Assembly: GCA_020341815.1 (NCBI GenBank) | Contig: CP070837.1 | Location: forward strand, 1,044,575 to 1,108,574 | Length of the DNA stretch: 64,000 nt | Direction: 5' to 3' | Source: Candidatus Omnitrophota bacterium | GTDB lineage: Bacteria; Omnitrophota; Gorgyraeia; JAFGHF01 | Shown here: in pieces, positions 8,879 through 19,425 of the stretch | How the letters are laid out: the number at the start of each line of letters is the position of its first letter | Numbering within the stretch: position 1 is the first letter of the stretch | Translations under genes and position numbers: made by a program | The notes under the pieces: generated by a model | Database searches by the model: none | What the model saw: only the letters and a program-made list of their open reading frames with translations | Told to the model about the DNA's origin: nothing

Positions 8879-9928
8879 TTATATCCTTTCCAAAATCTCT
8901 TCTTCCGTGGGGATGCCTCCGCCTGCGCGGCCATAAAAATCAATCCTAGCACGCCCATTAACCGCTAAGCGCACATCCTCAACCATCTGCCCGTAGGACA
9001 TCTCGGTAACAAAAAATCTTAATTTTTTCTTTTTCTTCTTAAGTAAATCCTCAAATATGCCGACGGGGAAAGGCCAGAGACTGATGGGCCGCAAAAGGCC
9101 GGCCTTCTTACCCTTCTTACGCAGACTCTGGACCGCACTGCGGGCAATACGTGCTGTGCTTCCATAAGCTACCAAAATTATCTCACTATCCTCTAAATGC
9201 ATTCCTTCGAAGCGCTGCTCTTTCTGGGTAATCTGCGCATATTGCTTCTGGAGAACCTTATTGAATTTCTCCAGGTCCCCTTCCTGCATATAAAATGACT
9301 TTACTATATTAGGAGCCTTCCCTTTACAACCCGTCAGCGCCCAGGGTTTCTTAACCTGTTTTTTACCGGATGCACTGGAAGTAATTGTAATAGGCTCCAT
9401 CATCTGCCCCAGCATCCCATCACCCAATATTATTGCGGGCGTGCGGTATTTATCGGCGAGGTCAAAGCCTAAAAATACGAGGTTGTATGCCTCCTGAACC
9501 GAAGAAGGGGCAAGCACAATACAATGATAGTCCCCATGGCCGCCTCCTTTGGTGGCCTGAAAATAATCCGACTGAGCGGGAGCGATATTACCTAAGCCCG
9601 GTCCCCCGCGCATAATGTTTACAATCAGGCACGGCAGGCGCGCCCCGGCCAGATAAGAAATCCCCTCCTGTTTAAGGCTGATTCCCGGGCCTGAAGAAGA
9701 GGTCATTGCCCGCCGGCCGCTGGCCGCAGCTCCCATTACCATGCTAATAGCGGCCAGTTCGCTTTCTGCCTGCACAAATACACGATTTGCCCGGGGCATG
9801 TTTTCAGCCATATAAGCGGTAAGCTCATTTTGGGGCGTAATCGGATAACCGGCGTAAAAATCGCATCCGGCGCGAATTGCTCCTTCAGCAATGGCTTCAT
9901 TTCCGCTTATCAGTATCTTCTCACGCAT
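8879..9928 (-). CDS. 2-oxoacid:ferredoxin oxidoreductase alpha subunit (VorB-type)
   Basis: GNEAIAEGA, YPITPQ, TSSSGPG, RGGPG. Confidence 0.95.
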   Translation of the reverse strand: MREKILISGNEAIAEGAIRAGCDFYAGYPITPQNELTAYMAENMPRANRVFVQAESELAAISMVMGAAASGRRAMTSSSGPGISLKQEGISYLAGARLPCLIVNIMRGGPGLGNIAPAQSDYFQATKGGGHGDYHCIVLAPSSVQEAYNLVFLGFDLADKYRTPAIILGDGMLGQMMEPITITSSASGKKQVKKPWALTGCKGKAPNIVKSFYMQEGDLEKFNKVLQKQYAQITQKEQRFEGMHLEDSEIILVAYGSTARIARSAVQSLRKKGKKAGLLRPISLWPFPVGIFEDLLKKKKKKLRFFVTEMSYGQMVEDVRLAVNGRARIDFYGRAGGGIPTEEEILERI

Positions 9929-9930
9929 AC

Positions 9931-10131
9931 TTACTTATACACCTCGATACAACAATCCGGGCATATCCGGGCGCAAAGCGCACAGGCAGAACAGTCTCCC
10001 TCGGTAAAACAGACAAAGCGCACCCCGCGCTTATTTAAAGATTTACTTAAGGTAATCAGCTTTTTGGGACAACTATCTATGCAAAGACAACAACCCTTGC
10101 ATTTTTCTTTTTTTATTTTTATCTTACCCAT
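9931..10131 (-). CDS. 4Fe-4S ferredoxin (delta subunit)
   Basis: Two CxxCxxCxxxCP motifs. Confidence 0.92.
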   Translation of the reverse strand: MGKIKIKKEKCKGCCLCIDSCPKKLITLSKSLNKRGVRFVCFTEGDCSACALCARICPDCCIEVYK

Positions 10132-12019
10132 TTATCATTTTCTCGTGTTGCGCCGACAGGCCTATTTCTGCATTAAGCACGCTATTAACTATACCCTCGG
10201 CGCTCAATCCATGCTTTTCCAGAAGAAATTCCCGTTTTGCGTGGGGAATAAAGACAGAAGGAAGAGCAATCCTTATTACGCGCACCTTTTCAAGGCCTTC
10301 TCTTTCCAGAAACTCCAACACCGCCGAGCCAAACCCGCCTTCTGCGACCCCTTCCTCTACCGTAACTATCGTCTCAACTTCAATGCAGAGCCTCTTGAAC
10401 AATAACCCATCAAGCGGTTTTACAAAACGGGCATTGATTACGGTGCAATCTATGCCCTGTGAGCTTAATATCCGCGCTGCCTCCAGGGCAGGATAAACCA
10501 TGCTCCCCAAGGCCACAATCGCCAGGTCTTTACCTCGTCTCAAAACTTCAGCCTTGCCGCATTGAATCTCGGAAGGCTTATAGTCTTCAGAAAACAATTC
10601 ACCTCTTTGAGGGACTTCTCCTTTTGGATATCTGATAGCTAAAGGCCTTGACTGGCCAGAGGCAAACTCCAGCATCTTCTCTAATTCTTCTCCGTCTTTA
10701 GGAGCCAAAAGCGTTAAATTGGGAATATGCCTGAGATATGCCACATCAAAAATACCCTGATGGGTAGCGCCGTCCTCTCCGACGATACCTGCGCGGTCAA
10801 GACATAAGACTACGGGTAAGCTCTGCAGACAGACATCGTGGATAAGCTGGTCGTAAGAACGCTGTAAAAAAGTAGAATAAATAGCCACAAAGGGCCTTAA
10901 GCCTCTCCGGGCTAGCCCGGCGGCAAAACCTACGGCGTGGGCCTCGGCCATTCCCACATCATAAAACCTTTTAGGAAAACTCTGAGCAAACTTATCTAAT
11001 CCCGTGCCTTCGGCCATAGCCGCAGTAATGCCTGCAATCTTTTCGTCCTTTTGGGCCAGAGAAATTAATTTTTCGCTGAAGACTTGAGTAAAAGTTTTAT
11101 TCGTAACTTTATTGTCTCCACCGTTGGCGCTTATCCCGTGAAATTTCTCGGGGATTCGCTCAGCCTGAGAATATCCTTTGCCTTTTACGGTAACCGCATG
11201 GATAAGCACCGGTTCTTTCAACTTAAGCACATTTCTTAAAGTGCGCACCACTTCTTTAACATTATGCCCGTCGATGGGGCCGAAATAACGAAAGCCCAAT
11301 TCTTCAAAGATTATTCCCGGCACTAAAAGATTTTTTAAGCTTTCCTCTAAGCGCTTAGCAGCAGAAAACAGTTTATTCCCCAGGCGGGGAACCCTCTTCA
11401 CCAGATTTTCTATATCCTGCCTTATGCGGTTGTATATCGGCATGGTAAGTATGCGGTTAAGATAGCGGCTGAGCGCCCCCACGCTTTTGGAAATAGCCAT
11501 CTTATTATCATTGAGCACGACTACCAAATCTTTATGCAGCTGTCCGGCATGATTAAGGGCCTCAAAGGCCATTCCTCCGCCTAAGGCGGCATCGCCGATT
11601 ACCGCTACAACCTTAGAGTTTTTCTCTGTATCGGCACAGGCAAGCCCCAGGGCCGTAGAAATAGAAGTGGAGCCATGGCCAGTCGTAAACGTATCATAGA
11701 CGCTCTCCTCTTTATTGGGAAAACCGCTTATCCCCTGCCACTGCCTGAGCGTCTTTAGTCTCTCTCTGCGCCCGGTTAAAATTTTATGGGCATAGGCCTG
11801 ATGCCCCACGTCCCAGACTATTTTGTCTTTCGGGGTATCAAGGCAATAGTGCAAGGCAATAGCCAGTTCCACCGCTCCCAGGCTGGACGCCAGATGCCCG
11901 CCGGTCACAGAGACGGTTGCGATAATCTCCCGGCGAATCTCCTGGGCAAGAAGTGAAAGCTCTTTTAGGGCGAGCTTTTTTAAATCAGCGGGATTACTGA
12001 TTTGTTCTAATAAGCTCAT
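10124..12019 (-). CDS. dxs: 1-deoxy-D-xylulose-5-phosphate synthase
   Basis: GGHLASSLG, WDVGHQAY.HKILTGR, DRAG.VG.DG.THQG. Confidence 0.97.
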   Translation of the reverse strand: MSLLEQISNPADLKKLALKELSLLAQEIRREIIATVSVTGGHLASSLGAVELAIALHYCLDTPKDKIVWDVGHQAYAHKILTGRRERLKTLRQWQGISGFPNKEESVYDTFTTGHGSTSISTALGLACADTEKNSKVVAVIGDAALGGGMAFEALNHAGQLHKDLVVVLNDNKMAISKSVGALSRYLNRILTMPIYNRIRQDIENLVKRVPRLGNKLFSAAKRLEESLKNLLVPGIIFEELGFRYFGPIDGHNVKEVVRTLRNVLKLKEPVLIHAVTVKGKGYSQAERIPEKFHGISANGGDNKVTNKTFTQVFSEKLISLAQKDEKIAGITAAMAEGTGLDKFAQSFPKRFYDVGMAEAHAVGFAAGLARRGLRPFVAIYSTFLQRSYDQLIHDVCLQSLPVVLCLDRAGIVGEDGATHQGIFDVAYLRHIPNLTLLAPKDGEELEKMLEFASGQSRPLAIRYPKGEVPQRGELFSEDYKPSEIQCGKAEVLRRGKDLAIVALGSMVYPALEAARILSSQGIDCTVINARFVKPLDGLLFKRLCIEVETIVTVEEGVAEGGFGSAVLEFLEREGLEKVRVIRIALPSVFIPHAKREFLLEKHGLSAEGIVNSVLNAEIGLSAQHEKMING

Positions 12020-12249
12020 TGTTCCTCGGCATTGTCGGTGAAGGGCTCAACCTCCCAGCCCTCATCCTTTTTGGTCAGGACCTGTATTTTCTTCTGGGCT
12101 GCCTGCAGGCTCTTATGGCAAAAGCGGGAAAGCTTTACGCCCTCTTCATATCGCTTCAATGAATCCTCTAAAGAGAGCTTACCCGACTCCAATTCCTCAA
12201 CTATTTTTTCCAACCTTTTTAAAGCCTCTTCGAATTTCATCTCCGTCAT
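12016..12249 (-). CDS. xseB: Exodeoxyribonuclease VII small subunit
   Basis: FEEALKRLEKIVEELESG.LSLE. Confidence 0.95.
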   Translation of the reverse strand: MTEMKFEEALKRLEKIVEELESGKLSLEDSLKRYEEGVKLSRFCHKSLQAAQKKIQVLTKKDEGWEVEPFTDNAEEQ

Positions 12250-13472
12250 TGCCTATCATCTCCTTCGATTTTCTCTACCTTGCTGATAAATGAACCACAG
12301 GCTAACTTTGTCTCCAGTCTTTCCCCAATTTTTAGCGTCTTTACTTCTGTAACTGAATGCCTTTGAGGCAGCTTAAGTGTTATGCTGTAGCCGCGGGATA
12401 GAATATTTAGAGGGCTTAAGGCATGGAGCTTGCCGATTAAGACATTATATCTTTCCTGATAGATCTCGGCTAAGTGGGAGGCCTTAAGATCCAGAATTGA
12501 AACTAATTCATCTATGCGCAATTTGTATTGCCGGATTAAGTCGGTTGGTTCTTTAAAGACATACCGTCCTCGGAAAACCCTTAATTTTTCCTGAAGCAAT
12601 TCTATCTTGTTGCAAACGGCAATCTTTGCCCGGGAATAAAAATTATCTATCCTATCCAGAAGCTCCTGTTTGCGAGCAATAACCTGCTCGGCCGCCGCCG
12701 AGGGCGTGGGCGCACGCAGGTCAGCCACAAAATCCGATATAGTATAATCTATCTCATGCCCCACCGCGGAAATCACCGGTATCGCCGAACGAAATATCGC
12801 TCGAGCTACCGCCTCCTCATTAAACGCCCAGAGGTCTTCTAAGCTTCCGCCTCCGCGGGTAACAATCAAAACATCAACTGCGCCAAAACTGTTAAACTCA
12901 TCGATGGCCCGGGCAATCTCAAGCCCTGAGCCCTCTCCCTGCACTTTTACCGGATTTATAATTATGGAAAGATTGGCAAATCTTCTCCTTAAGACCTGCA
13001 GGATATCGCGAATAGCTGCGCCTCGAGGCGAGGTGACAATACCAATGCGCTGCGGAAGAAAAGGAAGAGGCTTTTTATGTTCTTCCTCAAAAAGGCCCTC
13101 GGCCAAAAGCCGCTCTTTAAGCTGCTGAAAGGCCAGCTGAAGCGCCCCCAGACCCTTTGGCTCGATAACGTCGGGATAAAACTGATATCTGCCGTCGCGC
13201 TCAAAGACCGAAATTCTTCCCCTGCACGTTACCTGCAGGCCGGTCTTTAGCTTAAACTTAAGAGCCTTTGCCATATTGGCAAAGATTACGCATTTTAATT
13301 GCGCCTTTTCGTCTTTAAGGGTAAAAAATACTGTCCCGGTGGAAATAGGGCTAACCCCGGAAATTTCGCCCTCTATCCAGACCTGCTGAAAGCCTTCCTC
13401 CAGCAATATCTTTACTCTGCGCGTCAACTCCGTAACTGTATAAATACGTCTTTTGGTATCTGCCTGCTTCAT
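12246..13472 (-). CDS. xseA: Exodeoxyribonuclease VII large subunit
   Basis: RGGGSLEDLWAFNEE, VGHE.D, RAPTPSAAAE. Confidence 0.97.
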   Translation of the reverse strand: MKQADTKRRIYTVTELTRRVKILLEEGFQQVWIEGEISGVSPISTGTVFFTLKDEKAQLKCVIFANMAKALKFKLKTGLQVTCRGRISVFERDGRYQFYPDVIEPKGLGALQLAFQQLKERLLAEGLFEEEHKKPLPFLPQRIGIVTSPRGAAIRDILQVLRRRFANLSIIINPVKVQGEGSGLEIARAIDEFNSFGAVDVLIVTRGGGSLEDLWAFNEEAVARAIFRSAIPVISAVGHEIDYTISDFVADLRAPTPSAAAEQVIARKQELLDRIDNFYSRAKIAVCNKIELLQEKLRVFRGRYVFKEPTDLIRQYKLRIDELVSILDLKASHLAEIYQERYNVLIGKLHALSPLNILSRGYSITLKLPQRHSVTEVKTLKIGERLETKLACGSFISKVEKIEGDDRQ

Positions 13473-13482
13473 CTTTAATATC

Positions 13483-14265
13483 TTATTTTACTTTTTCCTG
13501 TATTCTCTCGATAGAGACGGCCTTGCCTGTTTTCTCATCTATATCCAGCACCACCCCGTGCAACTGTACATTTTCGCTAGCCATCTCAAAACGCACGGGC
13601 ATCTGGGTAACAAAACGGGCCAAAATCTGCTCAACTTTCCTGCCGATTACAGAGTCATAAGGCCCGGTCATCCCTAAATCTGTAATGTATGCGCTGCCGC
13701 GGGGGAGGATTTTCTCGTCCGCAGTCTGCACATGGGTGTGCGTGCCTAAAACCGCACTCACCATCCCGTCGAGAAACCAACCCAGGGCAATCTTTTCGCT
13801 GGTGGCCTCTGCGTGCATATCCACCAGGATTACAGGTGTCTTTTCTTTGAGTTCCTTGGCGGCCTCTTTTGCCCGCTTGAAAGGACAATCCAAAGTAGAC
13901 ATAAATACCCGGCCTTCTAAGTTTATCACTCCCACTTTCTTGCCTTTTTTCGTCTCGACAATACCATAACCCCTGCCGGGAGAGCCTTTGGGATAATTTG
14001 CCGGACGCAGGAGCCTCATTTCCGAATCAAGGATTTCCAGGACTTCCTTTCTCTTCCAGATATGGTCGCCGCTGGTAAGCATATTAAGGCCATATCCGAA
14101 AAGTTCCTCGGCAATCTCCGGAGTTACCCCTGAACCCCCGGCGGCATTTTCGGCGTTAGCGATGGACAAATCAATCTTGTATTTCTTTACCAGTCCCGGA
14201 AGCAGCAGATGCACAGCCTCTCTGCCGGGCTTGCCGACTATATCTCCAATGAATAGTATTCTCAT
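13483..14265 (-). CDS. ymdB: YmdB-family metallophosphoesterase (TIGR00282)
   Basis: GDIVGKPGR, HAEATSEK, GTHTHVQTAD; follows rny. Confidence 0.93.
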   Translation of the reverse strand: MRILFIGDIVGKPGREAVHLLLPGLVKKYKIDLSIANAENAAGGSGVTPEIAEELFGYGLNMLTSGDHIWKRKEVLEILDSEMRLLRPANYPKGSPGRGYGIVETKKGKKVGVINLEGRVFMSTLDCPFKRAKEAAKELKEKTPVILVDMHAEATSEKIALGWFLDGMVSAVLGTHTHVQTADEKILPRGSAYITDLGMTGPYDSVIGRKVEQILARFVTQMPVRFEMASENVQLHGVVLDIDEKTGKAVSIERIQEKVK

Positions 14266-14276
14266 ATAAACTCCTT

Positions 14277-14389
14277 GTATCTAGTCGCTAGTATCTTGTA
14301 TCTCGTAAAACAAAAACATAAAAAGCTTTAAAATTTAAAAATTAAGAAAGCTTTTAACTAGATACTAGATACGAGCGACAAGCGACTAT
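14277..14389. repeat. Heptamer-repeat palindromic intergenic element, copy 2
   Basis: Reverse complement atagtcgcttgtcgctcgtatctagtatctagttaaaa...tttacgagatacaagatactagcgactagatac matches the arms of copy 1. Confidence 0.85.
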
Positions 14390-15960
14390 TTTGCGTATTC
14401 TATCGCCCTGGTCTCGCGAATCACCATAACCTTAATCTGACCCGGATACTCCAGGCCCTCTTCAATCTTTTTTCTAATCTCACCCGCCAGAACTGCGGCT
14501 TCGGCATCGCTTATCTTATTGGGCTGGACAATGACTCTCACCTCTCTGCCTGCCTGGATAGCATAGGCCTTGCCCACACCCTTGAAGGAATCGGCGATGG
14601 ATTCGAGCTTCTCCAGACGCTTCACATAGGATTCCAATGTCTCGCGCCTTGCCCCCGGACGGGTTGCGCTTACGGCATCAGCAGCCTGAACCAATACGGC
14701 CAGGAGCGATTTTGGTTCGGTGTCCTGATGATGGGCGGCGATAGAGTTTACTACAAGGTCCGACTCTCCGTATTTTTTTGCCAGCTCCGCGCCGATTCCG
14801 GCGTGGGTGCCTTCTACCTCATGGTCTACGGCCTTACCGATGTCGTGCAGAAGCCCCACTCTGCGCGCCAGGGCAAAATCTATCTTTAATTCCGAAGCCA
14901 TCACTCCTAATATATACGCCACTTCCTTGGAATGCTGTAACACATTTTGCCCGAAACTGGTCCTGTATTTAAGCCGTCCCAGGAGCTTTATCTCCTCCGG
15001 ATGCAACCTGTGCACGCCGGCGTCAAAGGCGGCGCGCTTGCCTTCGTCTCTGATAGTCGCCTCCATCTCCTGCTTAACGCGGGTTACCACTTCTTCGATG
15101 CGCGCAGGATGGATGCGCCCGTCGGTAATTAACCGCTCCAGGGTAATTCTGGCAATCTCTCTTTTTACCAAATCAAAGCCGGAAAGCGTAACCGCCTCCG
15201 GCGTATCATCGACAATCACGTCAATGCCCGTAGCAATCTCCAAAGCGCGGATATTTCTCCCCTCGCGGCCGATAATCCTGCCTTTCATTTCGTCGCTGGG
15301 AAGGCTAACCACGCTAACCGTAGACTCTACCGTATGGTCGGCGGCACATCTTTGAATAGCTGCGCTGATTATCTCCTTGGCCTTTTTCTCGGAGGCCTCC
15401 TTTGCTTCCTCTTCTACGCGCTTAATCATGGATGCAGCCTCAAGCCTGGCCTCGCCCTCCATCCTCTCCAGAAGGATTTTCTTTGCCTGTTCCGCGGTCA
15501 GCCCGGAAACCCTTTGCAGCCTCTGCTTCTCTTCCTCGATTAGATTATTGAGCTCTGCATTCTTTCCGTCGAGCTCTTTTTCGCGATAGGTTATATTTTT
15601 CTCTCTGCCCAGGACCTGTCTTTCTTTCTTGTCCAGAATATCAACCTTGCGGTCGATATTCTCTTCCTTCTGGTGCATTCTCTTTTCTAAAGCGGCGAGC
15701 TGCTGCCTTGTCTCTTTGGTCTCTTTTTCGAATTCCGCCCGCGTCCTGTAAAGCAGGTCTTTGGCCTCTAATTTCGCCTCCCGACGGATGTTCTCGGCCT
15801 CTCTGCCTGCACCCTGAATGAGCTCCTGGGCCTTGGCCTCGGCAACCCTGACTTTTCTTTCCGCGACATACTTGCGAATAAGATACCCGATAGCAAAAAA
15901 AGTCGCAGCGCACAGGGCAATAAGAGCCACTAGCTGTATAGAATTGATTTCTGTTATCAT
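14386..15960 (-). CDS. rny: Ribonuclease Y
   Basis: N-terminal TM, coiled coil, KH ([13 protein letters not shown]), HD (LLHDIGK). Confidence 0.97.
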   Translation of the reverse strand: MITEINSIQLVALIALCAATFFAIGYLIRKYVAERKVRVAEAKAQELIQGAGREAENIRREAKLEAKDLLYRTRAEFEKETKETRQQLAALEKRMHQKEENIDRKVDILDKKERQVLGREKNITYREKELDGKNAELNNLIEEEKQRLQRVSGLTAEQAKKILLERMEGEARLEAASMIKRVEEEAKEASEKKAKEIISAAIQRCAADHTVESTVSVVSLPSDEMKGRIIGREGRNIRALEIATGIDVIVDDTPEAVTLSGFDLVKREIARITLERLITDGRIHPARIEEVVTRVKQEMEATIRDEGKRAAFDAGVHRLHPEEIKLLGRLKYRTSFGQNVLQHSKEVAYILGVMASELKIDFALARRVGLLHDIGKAVDHEVEGTHAGIGAELAKKYGESDLVVNSIAAHHQDTEPKSLLAVLVQAADAVSATRPGARRETLESYVKRLEKLESIADSFKGVGKAYAIQAGREVRVIVQPNKISDAEAAVLAGEIRKKIEEGLEYPGQIKVMVIRETRAIEYAK

Positions 15961-15977
15961 GGAAGCCTCCCCTTTAA

Positions 15978-16529
15978 CTATGCAGAGATTACTCGGGTAA
16001 CGGGGATATCGTGGGAAAGCACAGGCAAGTCCTTTAAGACTTGAAAATCAAAGGCCAGACCAATGCGCGGAATGCCCAAAGGCAGCCTGGCCAGAAATTT
16101 ATCATAATAGCCCCCGCCCCGGCCCAGACGCCTGCCTTCTTTATCAAAGGCCAAGCCCGGCACCACCACTAAATCTATAGATTTATATGGTATTGGGCGG
16201 ATGTATTTGCTTTGAGGCTGGAATATGTCATAAAGCCCCGGAGCGAGTTCCTTTTCCATATCTTCTATCAGGGAAGCTATTATTTTCTTTTCTTTCCTTA
16301 ATATCACCGGTACCGCTATCCTTTTGCCGATTTTCTGGGCCTCAAGTATCATAAAGCGTGTTTCGACTTCTTCATCCGTGGCAATGTAAAACATCACGCA
16401 TTTCGCCCGCTTAAATTCGGCAAGGTTAAAAAGTCTTTTTTTAATCAAACGACTTTTGCGTAATCGCTGCTGATTGCTTTGTTTGACTAATCTGCTTCTA
16501 ATCTCCTTTCTAAACTTCCGCTTTAGCAT
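15978..16529 (-). CDS. 5-formyltetrahydrofolate cyclo-ligase
   Basis: [18 protein letters not shown]. Confidence 0.95.
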   Translation of the reverse strand: MLKRKFRKEIRSRLVKQSNQQRLRKSRLIKKRLFNLAEFKRAKCVMFYIATDEEVETRFMILEAQKIGKRIAVPVILRKEKKIIASLIEDMEKELAPGLYDIFQPQSKYIRPIPYKSIDLVVVPGLAFDKEGRRLGRGGGYYDKFLARLPLGIPRIGLAFDFQVLKDLPVLSHDIPVTRVISA

Positions 16530-18171
16530 GTCCTTTATACTTTTTGATATCGTCCCACTGAAAAGAGCCCATTACTGCCTGGGCAACATTGGTGAGGTGA
16601 TCGCCGATTTTCTCCAGGTTGTTGATAAAATCCAGGAAGATAATTCCGGAGAGCACATAACATTTTCCCTCATTAAGCCTCTGAATGTGATTCTGCCGTA
16701 ATTCAAACTGCAGCCTGTTGATGGTTTCTTCCCGCCTCAGCGCCGATGTAGCATGACGTTCGGTATCATTTTGCAGGGCCGCCTTAACGTCGTTCATCAT
16801 CGCATCTACTTCGTTATAGACAAGATGCAACTCTTTAATTGCCTGGTCGGTAAAGGGCAATTTTTCCTCCACCGCCCTCTCGGCCAACTCCTGCAAATTC
16901 TCGGCGTGGTCGCCAATCCTTTCCACATCGTTTACGGAATGCAAAAGCACCGGCAGCTTTTCTGATTCTTTGGGAGTAAGACTGCGCTGGGAGATTTCCA
17001 CTAAATATTGAGTAATCTCCTTCTGCAGGTTATCCACGGCTTCTTCCTGGCGAGAGACACGGGATAGGAGACGCGGATTACCACCAAAGAAACCTCTCAT
17101 TGCACAGGATAGGGCGTCCTGCGCAAGCCGGGTCATTCTGACTAATTCTTTCGTTGCCTGGTCTAATGCCACAGGCGGAGTGTCCAGAAGATGCTTCTCT
17201 AAAAATTTAGGCTCTGCGGGCATCTCTTCTATTTCGCCGGGAATTACCCAGTAACAAATCTTCTCCAGCAATCCTATGAATGGCAAAAAGATCACAGCGT
17301 TGACCAATTTAAAGGATACATGGGCATTGGCAATCAGGCGCAATATATTATTCCCCGGAGTGATAAGCTCAATAAATCTGACAAACCAGCCGTTATAAAC
17401 AAAGATAAGCATATAAGCAACACCCAGAAGATTAAACAAGGTATGCGCCCAGGCTGCCCGACGGGCAGTAAGGTTAGTGCCGATACTGGCAACTTGAGCG
17501 GTTATGGTCGTGCCGATATCGGCCCCCAGGATTAAACTAACGCAAGCCGGAAAAGTCAACAGGCCATTAAAGGCCATAGCCATTACCAATCCGATAGTGG
17601 CACTGGATGATTGAATTATCGCAGTAATTATTGCCCCGGCTAAAATTCCCAATAAGGGATTTGCGCTAAAATTAATCAAGGCCTGCCTGGTAAGGGGATT
17701 GTCTTTCAGCGGACCCAAGACCTGCTTCATAATAAAAAGGCCTAAAAAAAGAAGCCCAAAGCCTAACAGCGCCTGGCCCCAAAATTTCCAGCTCCTTCTT
17801 TTAGCTAATATAAACAGGGCAAATCCCAGGCCGATTGCCGGAAGGGCATACTGGTCAATTTTAAAAGCGATAATCTGTGCGGTTATGGTTGTGCCGATAT
17901 TGGCGCCCATAATCACGCCGATAGCCTGCTTAAGAGCCAGAAGCCCGGCATTGACAAACCCTACCACCATTACGGTGGTGGCGGAGGAGCTCTGAATTAT
18001 TCCCGTAACTATCGCTCCCGTGAGCACCCCGACCAAGGCCTTATCGGTCAGGAATTTTAAAATCTGGCGCAGTTTGGTGCCGGCTAACTTCTGAAAGGCC
18101 TCAGAGAGCAATTTCATCCCGAAGAGAAATAGCCCCAATCCGCCTACTATTCCAAAAATAATCTCTTTCAT
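16510..18171 (-). CDS. Na/Pi cotransporter with PhoU domains
   Basis: Repeated QSSSAT and GANIGTT; ERIGDHA; ATG at 18171 lies just after a promoter. Confidence 0.93.
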   Translation of the reverse strand: MKEIIFGIVGGLGLFLFGMKLLSEAFQKLAGTKLRQILKFLTDKALVGVLTGAIVTGIIQSSSATTVMVVGFVNAGLLALKQAIGVIMGANIGTTITAQIIAFKIDQYALPAIGLGFALFILAKRRSWKFWGQALLGFGLLFLGLFIMKQVLGPLKDNPLTRQALINFSANPLLGILAGAIITAIIQSSSATIGLVMAMAFNGLLTFPACVSLILGADIGTTITAQVASIGTNLTARRAAWAHTLFNLLGVAYMLIFVYNGWFVRFIELITPGNNILRLIANAHVSFKLVNAVIFLPFIGLLEKICYWVIPGEIEEMPAEPKFLEKHLLDTPPVALDQATKELVRMTRLAQDALSCAMRGFFGGNPRLLSRVSRQEEAVDNLQKEITQYLVEISQRSLTPKESEKLPVLLHSVNDVERIGDHAENLQELAERAVEEKLPFTDQAIKELHLVYNEVDAMMNDVKAALQNDTERHATSALRREETINRLQFELRQNHIQRLNEGKCYVLSGIIFLDFINNLEKIGDHLTNVAQAVMGSFQWDDIKKYKGHAKAEV

Positions 18172-18180
18172 AATAAAATT

Positions 18181-18209
18181 ATTATACAATACTTAGATAA
18201 AATAATCAA
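18181..18209 (-). promoter_or_regulatory. Sigma70-type promoter, near-leaderless transcript
   Basis: TTGATT-17-TATAAT, 9 nt upstream of the ATG. Confidence 0.6.
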
Positions 18210-18211
18210 GG

Positions 18212-18415
18212 TTAGCGGCTGCTACGCATCTTAACAATCATCAGTTCTTTCTTAATCTCATCCAGCTGCTTGAACACCTCATTCTGATTAAGCAGGATTT
18301 TATCGAGCTTTTGCATAATCTTATCGGAAGTCCTTTCCTCCTCCTGACACAAGCCAAATTGCAGCCACAAGGCAAATATCAATATGACCGCTATTAAAAC
18401 AAAAACTGGCTTCAT
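18212..18415 (-). CDS. Small secreted coiled-coil protein
   Basis: Signal peptide, GGAGG RBS, heptad pattern. Confidence 0.65.
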   Translation of the reverse strand: MKPVFVLIAVILIFALWLQFGLCQEEERTSDKIMQKLDKILLNQNEVFKQLDEIKKELMIVKMRSSR

Positions 18416-18429
18416 CTTTCCCTCCTTTT

Positions 18430-19425
18430 CTATATTCTCCATTTTTCAATCAATTCCTCTGAAGCAGGATTTACTAAAATAGACTTCTCTTCCTCATAAC
18501 CCTTGCGCCAATAATCAACCTGAACCTCTTTTTCTGACTTTGCCTTGCTGTAACGCGCGATAAGCCCTGCGGCTGTTTCTATTGTCTCCTCGGTAAAAAC
18601 GCTGCTGCCTGTCCGTAAAAGCCCTATCGGCCCGGCGAAACTATGCATCTTAAGCAACGTATCCCCTTTTTCGGCCAAATCCAATAAGAGCTTATTTTCT
18701 CCTTCATTCCGGCCGATGATACATTTAACCGCATTCAAGCGGAAATGCCTGCCCACCTTAAGCAACTGGATATCGCTAAGCCCAAATTTGCCTGAGGCGA
18801 TTAAATCCTTAAACTTTCTGGAGAATTCCTTCTCGGTAAGAAGACATCCTCCGGCGGGGGCAGAGTATTCCTTTATATTTAACTCATCGGCAAGGGCCAA
18901 TTGCCCCTTGCGTGAACGGCCTGAGAAATCAAACAGCTTCTCTCTATCCACCCAGCCTTTCTCCTCGGGGAGGGTAAGCTTTAACAATTTTGCCGAAAGC
19001 GGACGCAAAAGTATCCCCTTAACACCTGCATCGCGCTCAATGATATTCAGGGAATCTTTTCTTTGTGACATCGGGCGCTGACCCAGGACTTCACCGGAGA
19101 TGAGGAAATGAAATCCTCGCTTCTGCATATAGCGCTTTGCCTCTTTCAGCATAAGTATGCGGCAGTCTATGCAGGGATTCATATTCTCTCCATAGCCATA
19201 GCGGGGCTTCTTGACCATTTCTAAATGGGCGGAGGAAATATCCAGAATATGCAATTGTATCCCCAGCGGTGCAGGCAAATGCCCTGCCCTTTTGCACTCC
19301 GACAAAAAGGCATTGGCAAAATAGACGGCCTCTACCTCTATGCCCTGATCTAAAATCACCTTTGCCGCCAGCGTGCTATCCAGACCTCCGGAGAACAATG
19401 CTAAGGCCTTAATTTTTCCAGCCAT
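18430..19425 (-). CDS. ThiI-like/PP-loop tRNA sulfurtransferase family protein
   Basis: SGGLDS PP-loop, NPCIDCR, GEVLGQRPMSQ, PAGGCLLT. Confidence 0.85.
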   Translation of the reverse strand: MAGKIKALALFSGGLDSTLAAKVILDQGIEVEAVYFANAFLSECKRAGHLPAPLGIQLHILDISSAHLEMVKKPRYGYGENMNPCIDCRILMLKEAKRYMQKRGFHFLISGEVLGQRPMSQRKDSLNIIERDAGVKGILLRPLSAKLLKLTLPEEKGWVDREKLFDFSGRSRKGQLALADELNIKEYSAPAGGCLLTEKEFSRKFKDLIASGKFGLSDIQLLKVGRHFRLNAVKCIIGRNEGENKLLLDLAEKGDTLLKMHSFAGPIGLLRTGSSVFTEETIETAAGLIARYSKAKSEKEVQVDYWRKGYEEEKSILVNPASEELIEKWRI